Made by a program: the position numbers and the translations under genes. Of a stretch of DNA of 64,000 nt, positions 29,888-37,543 are shown piece after piece (position 1 is the first letter of the stretch; every line of letters begins with the position of its first letter). A model generated the notes under the pieces. That model searched no databases. It was not told the origin of the DNA and saw only the letters and a program-made list of their open reading frames with translations. The DNA comes from a virus: IMG/VR virus record IMGVR_UViG_3300030329_005540, positions 21,676-85,675 of that record; one strand, 5' to 3'.

Positions 29888-30714
29888 TACTTAGCTAACG
29901 TCGGTTTTCTATTCTTGAAATCTTCGTTATTAATATCGTAAATTTTAGCTAAATCATCGATAGTAAAATCAATTTGAGTTTTATCAGGGTCAAGAGAAGC
30001 GAGGTTCGCGTTTAGTGTTTTGACATGGCTTTTGTCGTAATCATTCCACTGGATATAGTTACCTTTAATGAGAAGGTCTTTTTCGAATTTAGAAATAACG
30101 TTCTCCACGGGTACAAAATTTTTATACACGGGGTCTCCTTGCTCCGATCTAACCTTGTCTTCAGCAGGGCCAGTGCGACTGTTTCTAGTGGCGATATTTT
30201 GAAAGATTAATTGTTTCCTAGGGAATAATTTGTAACAAGCGTACATGGCGTACCACATTGATTTACCGGAGCTATGAAATATAGCGGGGAACATTACCTC
30301 TGCGAAGCTCCTAGAAAATATATGAACGCATAAATCGTAGCACGCGATAGGGTGAACAGGCTTATCTGTTTGAACTTTTGATAAATGCCATCCGGGTCCG
30401 CCTAAAGTTCCAGAGACAGGTTTGTATTCGTCGAAATTATCCGCAATAGTTTGAGCTATGTTTTCCCCGTAGAATAAAACATCGTCATCTATAAAAATGT
30501 AATATTCGTACTCGTCCATTATGTGATCGTATAAGATGCTTCTACCCTCGGTCCAACAAGCGTCAGGATGACAAACTTGAGCATTTGGGTCATCAAGTTC
30601 TTTCCAATTCAATCTATAGAAATCACTAACCTCGGTATTAAACTGAGACTTATGCTGAAGGGTGAAATCATCGTTGATGGTTTTGCCTTGTTCTAGAACA
30701 CAGAACTTTTTCAT
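29887..30714 (-). CDS. Putative GT-A glycosyltransferase
   Basis: WTEGRSIL...YEYYIFIDDD. Confidence 0.55.
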   Translation of the reverse strand: MKKFCVLEQGKTINDDFTLQHKSQFNTEVSDFYRLNWKELDDPNAQVCHPDACWTEGRSILYDHIMDEYEYYIFIDDDVLFYGENIAQTIADNFDEYKPVSGTLGGPGWHLSKVQTDKPVHPIACYDLCVHIFSRSFAEVMFPAIFHSSGKSMWYAMYACYKLFPRKQLIFQNIATRNSRTGPAEDKVRSEQGDPVYKNFVPVENVISKFEKDLLIKGNYIQWNDYDKSHVKTLNANLASLDPDKTQIDFTIDDLAKIYDINNEDFKNRKPTLAK

Positions 30715-31442
30715 TTTTCACCTCCTCTAAATCTTGGGAATTGCTCCATGTTCTTATCGAGATGGACTATCGTTTTTTCAACAGGCATAGTCCAATTTTG
30801 AGGGTATGCAAATCCTGCATGTAAGGTAGAAACTAATTCGTCGTTCTCAGAAAAGTATCTGTTTAGATGTGACTCATCATGCCACGCGGCGATAACTCCA
30901 TTTTCCAAATCCTTTTTCACGCAAACGTGAAGCTCTTTTATCATTTGACTTATGTGAGGGTTTTTACCTCCCCAAAAACATCCCTGCCTGTATTTAACAC
31001 CATGCTCTTCTGTTTTGGGAGTATAAGCCGTAGACTGCTTGTTACTTTCGTACTCGCATATTCCAGAGCCGTACATAAATTGCCCCGGATGATGAACCCC
31101 GAAGAAGTGATCATACCTATTCAAAAACGAACTAGGAATAAGCTTACTCACTACCATGTCCGCATCTAAGAAAATGACATCGCTAAATTTCTCAAGCTCA
31201 TCAATGACTCCGTACATGTACTTGAATCGCTTAAGAGTGATATACGGCCAAGGCTCATGCTCTATTTTTCGAACCGCTACGTTGTCTTTTTTAAAGACTT
31301 CGTTCTCTACGTCGTCTGTAAACGCATATATAACCTTCTCTTCATCCGGAAGAAAAAGGCTCATAACTCCGTCGTAGTAGTCGTCGAAAAAATCTACGTA
31401 CTTGTTAGTTCCAATAAATATAAATGCTATCTTCTTTTCCAT
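30711..31442 (-). CDS. GT6 (ABO/alpha-1,3-Gal/GalNAc-transferase family)
   Basis: IGTNKY, YAFTD, WPYITLKRF, FLDADM, QGCFWGG, AWHDESHLN. Confidence 0.92.
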   Translation of the reverse strand: MEKKIAFIFIGTNKYVDFFDDYYDGVMSLFLPDEEKVIYAFTDDVENEVFKKDNVAVRKIEHEPWPYITLKRFKYMYGVIDELEKFSDVIFLDADMVVSKLIPSSFLNRYDHFFGVHHPGQFMYGSGICEYESNKQSTAYTPKTEEHGVKYRQGCFWGGKNPHISQMIKELHVCVKKDLENGVIAAWHDESHLNRYFSENDELVSTLHAGFAYPQNWTMPVEKTIVHLDKNMEQFPRFRGGEK

Positions 31443-32281
31443 GACTCTGGGATTATATCATCTAAATAATTTTCTCTGTATTCTTTAGGACAAATAAGCT
31501 CTAAGTGTTGTGGCGTGAACCACTTATCAGGAGCAAAGACCTGTTTATCATCATTGCTGTTTAGCCATGCCGCCCACCAACTATATGTAGAATTAGATAT
31601 AATGTTTGTGCGACATCTACTCATTAAAAATAACTCGATTAAATCTTCTTTAAAATATTTAGGCGCATCTACTTCTGCGGTTTTAGTATCGCTAATTAAA
31701 CTTAAATCATGTGCTCTTTCAGAAATAAAAAAAGAATTTTCAACTTCATTGGAAAAAATATTTTTACAGTGATTTATATCATCCGAAAAGAAGAGGACTT
31801 TCGACGCGCCGCTCTCTTTAATGCACGATAGAAAGTAATCTTCGTTTAATGGGTGATATACAGTAGATAAAAGTCTATAATCGCCGCATCTAATATGAAC
31901 CGATACGGTATCCTCTTCGAAGACGAATCCGTATTTTTCTTCTATGATTTTAGATATCTCGTCGCTGGGAGTGAGATAGTTCCGAATCTCTTCCTCGCTG
32001 TCTTTGAAATACTTTTCTGATTGAAAATACCCAGATAAATCTATAGACACTTCTCCAGAGCATTCTAAATCAAATCCTTCATAAGTGCAGCCACTCTCTT
32101 TTATTTGCAAATCCGCATGTTGAAATCCTGTGGGAATTTTATTTTTTAGATGTTTGTTAACCGCCCACTCTGGGAAGCTATAACTGTGACCGTTTTTATT
32201 GGCTATACCTATGGTGGAGGCGACTTGAAAAAACTGGTTTCCAAGTCTGCCCATGTTTCCTAATCGAGAAAATGTAATCAT
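31427..32281 (-). CDS. GT11 alpha-1,2-fucosyltransferase-like
   Basis: GRLGNQFFQ, GYFQSEKYF, HIRCGDY, FSDD, SNSTYSWWAAWL. Confidence 0.92.
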   Translation of the reverse strand: MITFSRLGNMGRLGNQFFQVASTIGIANKNGHSYSFPEWAVNKHLKNKIPTGFQHADLQIKESGCTYEGFDLECSGEVSIDLSGYFQSEKYFKDSEEEIRNYLTPSDEISKIIEEKYGFVFEEDTVSVHIRCGDYRLLSTVYHPLNEDYFLSCIKESGASKVLFFSDDINHCKNIFSNEVENSFFISERAHDLSLISDTKTAEVDAPKYFKEDLIELFLMSRCRTNIISNSTYSWWAAWLNSNDDKQVFAPDKWFTPQHLELICPKEYRENYLDDIIPESWKRR

Positions 32282-32282
32282 T

Positions 32283-33242
32283 TTATTTTGGGGAATTTAT
32301 TGCGATCCACCTAAATAGTTCGTGCTCGGGCTCCCAGCCTAGCTCTTTTTTTGCTTTCGTAATATCCGCGCATGTAGTTTTAGGCTCAAAGCGCGGCTCG
32401 ATGTGTTTGATTTCGTTGTGTATATATTGCGCTATTTTTTTAATAGAGTGTTTTTCTCCAGAGCCAATATTGTAAATGTGGTGTCCGTCTGGCAAATCTG
32501 TTTCGGCAGCCTTTACGTTGGCTCTCGCTACATCTTTGACGTTTACAAAGTCTCTTTCTTGCAGCCCGTCACCAGTGAGAGATAAAGACTGGCCGCTTAA
32601 CAACTGTCGAAAAAATATTCCCATTACTGGAACGTATGATCCTTGAGTCGGCTGTCCTTCTCCGTAAACGTTAAAATACCGAAGCGATACGCTATTTAAT
32701 CCGTAAAGTTTTGAAAACAATTCTAAGTACTGTTCTCCTACCAGCTTGTGCAATGCATATGGACTCATAGGGTCTAGCCTTCCATTTTCGTCAGTAGGTG
32801 TGAATTCAGGATCGCCGTAAACTGATGACGACGAACTGAATATAATCTTTTTTACGCCAGCGTTTTTACACGCCCAAAACAAATTCAAACTTCCATTAAT
32901 GTTTTCCTCATGATATTTGATGGGGTCTTTGATAGAGGGGTCAACCCTCGGATGCGCGGCTAAATGAAAAACATATTCAACATCCTTTAAAACTTCGACT
33001 AGCTGATGAGAAAAAATAACGTTCTTTCTAATAAATTCGACACTAGGTAAATTTTTATTTCCGCGTACCTCGTTACCGAATCTAAAATTAAACGGTAAAG
33101 TGGAATCGCCGGGGGAAGCCGCTCTTTCCGTAGTTGAGCAGTCGTCAACAACCGTTACGTCATAACCGCTCTTTAAAAGAGCTTCTACAACGCTACTCCC
33201 GATAAACCCTAGTCCTCCCGTAACTAATACTTTAGTTTTCAT
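32283..33242 (-). CDS. NAD-dependent nucleotide-sugar 4-epimerase
   Basis: TGGLGFIGS, SSSSVYG, SPYALHK, LRYFNVYG, QERDF. Confidence 0.9.
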   Translation of the reverse strand: MKTKVLVTGGLGFIGSSVVEALLKSGYDVTVVDDCSTTERAASPGDSTLPFNFRFGNEVRGNKNLPSVEFIRKNVIFSHQLVEVLKDVEYVFHLAAHPRVDPSIKDPIKYHEENINGSLNLFWACKNAGVKKIIFSSSSSVYGDPEFTPTDENGRLDPMSPYALHKLVGEQYLELFSKLYGLNSVSLRYFNVYGEGQPTQGSYVPVMGIFFRQLLSGQSLSLTGDGLQERDFVNVKDVARANVKAAETDLPDGHHIYNIGSGEKHSIKKIAQYIHNEIKHIEPRFEPKTTCADITKAKKELGWEPEHELFRWIAINSPK

Positions 33243-33969
33243 TTTTTTCTTTTTCCTTTTCGTATATCCTTTTTCTCAAATTGCTGGAAGAATAAGAATG
33301 CGTACTCCTGTCGTGAAAATATTCTTCTTTAGCTATTCCTTTACCCGTGTATTCCTTGCCTTCCCAATCGGTTCCCAATACTCTTATATCGGGTTTGACA
33401 GTTAGTAGTAATTCAATTAAAGATTTCTCGGTATCGTATAATCTAATTTCATCAACATACTTGCACGCCGACAAAGACTCTCTTCTTTCTTCTAGAGATT
33501 GAATAGGTTTATTTTTTTCTGGCCTGTCAATAGTCGGGTCTGTTTGAAGCCCCGCAATAAGCTTGTCACATTTTGACCTTGCGTCTTTGAGCATTATAAA
33601 GTGCCCAGCGTGTAAAAGATCAAAGCAGCTACAAACGAAGCCCGTCCTTTGTTCGGGAGGCGGTTGGGGAACCAACTCATTACGCAAAGCTTGAGTGTTT
33701 TGAGCATTGGTGCTTATAAGTCTATCGCAGTCAGGTATTCCTTCGTTGATTAATTCGTGATATTTAACCTCCCAATCTTTCAACCATATCTTGTTATAGT
33801 TACTCCAATCCTTTCCTCCAGCTTTTGAGCGAGTGCTGTAAATTTTAATTACATGCCCTTGCTCGTATAATTTATTAATATGATCAATCATGTAAAGATA
33901 AGGCTTTGCGTCGGGGAAAAATTCTTCCTCTGTGCAAATAGTCCCATCTAATTGAAAGCAGTAAGTCAT
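33232..33969 (-). CDS. Degenerate HAD domain fused to TagD-like cytidylyltransferase
   Basis: N-terminal YCFQLDGTIC; C-terminal FDLLHAGH, GLQTDP, SSSNLRKRI. ATG at 33969. Confidence 0.8.
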   Translation of the reverse strand: MTYCFQLDGTICTEEEFFPDAKPYLYMIDHINKLYEQGHVIKIYSTRSKAGGKDWSNYNKIWLKDWEVKYHELINEGIPDCDRLISTNAQNTQALRNELVPQPPPEQRTGFVCSCFDLLHAGHFIMLKDARSKCDKLIAGLQTDPTIDRPEKNKPIQSLEERRESLSACKYVDEIRLYDTEKSLIELLLTVKPDIRVLGTDWEGKEYTGKGIAKEEYFHDRSTHSYSSSNLRKRIYEKEKEKNEN

Positions 33970-34922
33970 AACTCCGTTGCGCTTGCGCCGTACCAATCAC
34001 AGGCAATTTTAAAAGTGATTTTATTCAAGTCTTCCTCCTGCTTTAGATCATAATTTTTATCAGTAAATACTAAAAAGTATCCTCCACCACCAGCGCCGCA
34101 TAGCTTGTGAGCTTTAACTTGGCTAAGTTTATCCAATTTCTCATCTATTTCAAGTATTTTTTGATTTGATGCAATAGAATTTGACGTTTCCTTCTTTCTC
34201 GCCCAGCCTTCGTTGATAATTTCGAAAAAATCGTCAGGCTTATTTCTAGTAATTGACTTTTCCATTTTTTGTACCAGAGGTAAAAGCGCTTCGACTTTTT
34301 TAAGATCGAGGGTTTTTAGTATATCTGTAGACTTCCTGCTGACTCCGGTATAAACGAGATACTTATTGTAATCTTCGATAAAACTCTTACCGAAAATCTT
34401 ACATCTGATTTTATTATTTGGGTAAAAATCTAATTTTTTAAACCCGCCAATCCCGCAGCCATAAGAATCTTGGTATCCGGTTAATGGGTTAAAATTTCTC
34501 TCTAGCTCTAGCGCGATTTCACATATTTGCCCTTGGCTTAGATTCAATTGATTCTGCAAACTGGCAGCTTTTATCAGAGCTATTAAATAAGCCGAGGAGG
34601 ACGCTAAACCTGAACCGTGTGAGAAGATATCAGAAAAGAATGAAATGCTCGTAGGAGGCAATTTGAAGCGATCTAGACACTCTCTAGCGATGTCATTATG
34701 AATCTCTGAAACAGAAGAGACTTCCTCTTTTTGGGAATATTTTATAATATATTTATCATCAACTGCATTATAGCCATTTTTATCAGTAAATAGAGTTACG
34801 TATGAATATAAATTACAAGGAAAACTAATTACTGATCCGCGCCCTTTATAATCTATAAACTCCTGTAAGTCGGTTGAGCCTCCAGCAATAGAGACTCTTA
34901 ATGGACATCTGGAAATTATCAT
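33966..34922 (-). CDS. GHMP sugar kinase (HddA-like heptose-7-P kinase)
   Basis: PLRVSIAGGSTD, GSGLASS, GYQD, KLCGAGGGG. Confidence 0.88.
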   Translation of the reverse strand: MIISRCPLRVSIAGGSTDLQEFIDYKGRGSVISFPCNLYSYVTLFTDKNGYNAVDDKYIIKYSQKEEVSSVSEIHNDIARECLDRFKLPPTSISFFSDIFSHGSGLASSSAYLIALIKAASLQNQLNLSQGQICEIALELERNFNPLTGYQDSYGCGIGGFKKLDFYPNNKIRCKIFGKSFIEDYNKYLVYTGVSRKSTDILKTLDLKKVEALLPLVQKMEKSITRNKPDDFFEIINEGWARKKETSNSIASNQKILEIDEKLDKLSQVKAHKLCGAGGGGYFLVFTDKNYDLKQEEDLNKITFKIACDWYGASATEL

Positions 34923-35890
34923 ACAAAATTTAATCTTACTTTATTTAAAAAGTCCATCGTAGCTAAATATCTTTCGTCTCCCTCTAATCTCCAATTATCA
35001 TCAGTCAACTCTCCTCCGTTTTTGTCCACCATGAATTTCCATATTTGATTAAGGTGGAAGTTTTGAAAGTGGAACTGGAGACCGTATCTAATCACGTCGG
35101 CGGCGTCAGCCTGATTACCTTCGTTCCAGAGGTGTTTGGCGTATTCGCCTATCTCTTCGGCGGGGCGATAGAAATTTAATTTGTTAACCCAAAATCTAGA
35201 CTTCTCTTGCTGCCTTATTCTCACGAGCCTTCCAACGCAAGTGTATTGGTCATCGTTGTGGAAAGCTAGCATTTGATGGTTGTGCGAAATCTTAAACCCT
35301 GAGTCGCGACACTTCTGAGAAAAGTCGGTATCTTCATTATGCTTACCTTCTTCATAATCTTTTAGAGATTTCATGTTGGCGCGTTGTAAGCCTGTCGAAT
35401 ACTCAGTGTTCCACTTGCATTTTTCAAAAACGTACCTTTTCATTATCCAAGCTTGACCACCTGACATATAAAGATAAGGATCATCTTCATTCTCGTTTAG
35501 AACGCAGTGGCCGTATTTAGGACTTTGATAGCATACGTGATCCCAGAAGCGAGTACCGTCAGGGAGCCTGACTTGGGAAGTTAGGATATCGTAATCTGAT
35601 TTATAATTTAATAAATTTTTATACCAATCTGGTGATAAAATCATATCATCGTCTAAAATTACGATCTTTTCCCCTTCAGAAGCTTCGCAAGCCCGATTTC
35701 TCATCTCTCCGAGAAGACCTTTTTTGGCTGCTGATTTAGCTGAGACTAATGTATATCCCTCTCCTTTGGGGTAATCTCCAGCGATTAGAATTTCATAACT
35801 GTCAATTTGTTGGCAATGTATTGATTTTAAAACAAGGTCAGTTATTTCTTGTTTTTTGCCATTTGATACTATTACAAAAGAAAAATCCAT
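34919..35890 (-). CDS. GT2-like glycosyltransferase
   Basis: FSFVIV, RNRACE, ILDDD, EDTDFS. Confidence 0.75.
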   Translation of the reverse strand: MDFSFVIVSNGKKQEITDLVLKSIHCQQIDSYEILIAGDYPKGEGYTLVSAKSAAKKGLLGEMRNRACEASEGEKIVILDDDMILSPDWYKNLLNYKSDYDILTSQVRLPDGTRFWDHVCYQSPKYGHCVLNENEDDPYLYMSGGQAWIMKRYVFEKCKWNTEYSTGLQRANMKSLKDYEEGKHNEDTDFSQKCRDSGFKISHNHQMLAFHNDDQYTCVGRLVRIRQQEKSRFWVNKLNFYRPAEEIGEYAKHLWNEGNQADAADVIRYGLQFHFQNFHLNQIWKFMVDKNGGELTDDNWRLEGDERYLATMDFLNKVRLNFV

Positions 35891-35932
35891 ATACAGTCAT
35901 AAATTATAGACCATATATGGATATGATTCAAC

Positions 35933-36217
35933 TTAATTTTTAAGAGCGTCTAATTTTTCCTCCAAACGATCAAATCTATCGTTCATTCTCTCGGAGAACA
36001 TCTTGAAATCTTCTCTGCTAACGTATTTTTCGGGAAGCGAGACGACCAGATCGGTATACTTTTCTTTAATTTTGTCCACATCTTCATGGTGTTTAACCAT
36101 TAAGCCGTGGTGTTCCTCTTTAATCTCATTGATGTGGCCAATGATCATCTTAAAGACCCAACCGCCCATCAGTGTAACAACACCGACTGCAATATTGACA
36201 AGTATTTGGTAGTCCAT
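35933..36217 (-). CDS. Small membrane-anchored coiled-coil protein (holin-like)
   Basis: N-terminal TM helix, then YVSREDF...RFDRLEEKLD. Confidence 0.5.
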   Translation of the reverse strand: MDYQILVNIAVGVVTLMGGWVFKMIIGHINEIKEEHHGLMVKHHEDVDKIKEKYTDLVVSLPEKYVSREDFKMFSERMNDRFDRLEEKLDALKN

Positions 36218-36225
36218 GTCATATA

Positions 36226-36270
36226 TTACACATAAACTATCTGTACTTTTTTAAAAAAATAAAAGTGTAA
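36226..36270. promoter_or_regulatory. Divergent pair of class 2 GTGTAA motifs
   Basis: TTACAC 36226-36231 and GTGTAA 36265-36270, each exactly 8 nt before an ATG (36217 on -, 36279 on +). Confidence 0.75.
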
Positions 36271-36278
36271 TTAATTAC

Positions 36279-36521
36279 ATGCATTTTTACGCATGTCCAT
36301 ATTGCTGGCCGAAGCAACGCGGTAGAGAAGGTAAGCTGATTGTGGTAAAATCAGCAGGGGTTCCTTGCGACCATAAGGGGGGCTTTTTTGATAAGGAAAA
36401 AGATTGCAGGGCTGAAAACTACAAGTGTAAAGAGGTAATGCACTGCACTTACTGCTCTACCGAGTTCAAAATAACTGAGGAGTTTCTATCTCAGCAAAAA
36501 AGAAAAATTAAAGACGGCTAA
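36279..36521 (+). CDS. Small Zn-finger protein
   Basis: CPYC...CTYC pairs plus three more Cys. Confidence 0.6.
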   Translation: MHFYACPYCWPKQRGREGKLIVVKSAGVPCDHKGGFFDKEKDCRAENYKCKEVMHCTYCSTEFKITEEFLSQQKRKIKDG

Positions 36522-37540
36522 AAATCTTCTTCTAACACTCCAGAATTCTGATAGTCTTTCACCTTCCTTTCAAAGAAATTGGTCATCGCTCCCGTATCAA
36601 CAACTTCGGAAAGCCAAGGAAATGGATTCTGATCACTGTCAAAACGGAAGTCGATGCCAATTCCTTCAAGGCGTCTATTGCCGATGTATTGCATATAGTC
36701 TACAAACATTTCGGCGTTCAGTCCCAAGATACCCCTTGGAAGAACATCTGAAGCGTACTGAACTTCAAGTTCTACTGCTTTTTTGATGTGCTCTACTGTT
36801 TCAGCCTCGAATTTTTTTGTCCACACCGATGGATACTGTTCTTTAATTGTGTTGATTAAATACGTGCCAAACTGAATATGGAGGCTTTCATCTCTCAATG
36901 TGTATCTAATTTGATCTGAAAGTCCGGGGAGTTTGTTTTGACGACCTAACGCAAGCAGCATCGCAAACCCACTAAAGAAAAACGTTCCTTCGCAGACAAT
37001 ATAGTATGTGATTAAGTTCCTTAAGAATTCTCTTTTACCCTCGATTGTTTTAGTTGAGAATCCTTGCCTATTTACATCAGAGGTAATTTCCATCAGGAAA
37101 TCATCCTTCGCCTTGATAGAAGGAATATTTATATACGCCTCATATACTTCTCCGACTTTCAAAGAGTAAGAATCGCAGCAAGTTACCACTGTCCAGTTAT
37201 GAAGAGACTCCTCGTAAGCTTGGCGTAAAATGTATTGGCGACATTCTGGATCAGTCACCCATTTAGCAACAGTGAGTAAAAGGTTGTTACCTACTAAGGA
37301 TTCGCTACCCGCGAAAAAACCGAGACACCTTTTAACTAAAAGTTTTTCGTCTACGGACAGCGTGTCTCCTTTCCATTGGTCTATGTCATCGGTCATGTTT
37401 ATCTCTGAAGGGCTCCAGTTATTAGCTACGCCCTTTAGAAACAAATCCCAAACGAATTCGTGTTTGTGTGGCAGGATTTGATTCACTCCTGCGATTTCTT
37501 CTCCTAAGATTAATCCTTCTTTATTCATAGTTCCCTCCAC
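36518..37540 (-). CDS. nrdB: Ribonucleotide reductase beta subunit, class Ic-like
   Basis: FFAGSESLVGNN, EESLH, CEGTFFFSGF, RDESLH, NFFERKVKDY. Confidence 0.93.
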   Translation of the reverse strand: MEGTMNKEGLILGEEIAGVNQILPHKHEFVWDLFLKGVANNWSPSEINMTDDIDQWKGDTLSVDEKLLVKRCLGFFAGSESLVGNNLLLTVAKWVTDPECRQYILRQAYEESLHNWTVVTCCDSYSLKVGEVYEAYINIPSIKAKDDFLMEITSDVNRQGFSTKTIEGKREFLRNLITYYIVCEGTFFFSGFAMLLALGRQNKLPGLSDQIRYTLRDESLHIQFGTYLINTIKEQYPSVWTKKFEAETVEHIKKAVELEVQYASDVLPRGILGLNAEMFVDYMQYIGNRRLEGIGIDFRFDSDQNPFPWLSEVVDTGAMTNFFERKVKDYQNSGVLEEDF

Positions 37541-37543
37541 CCA

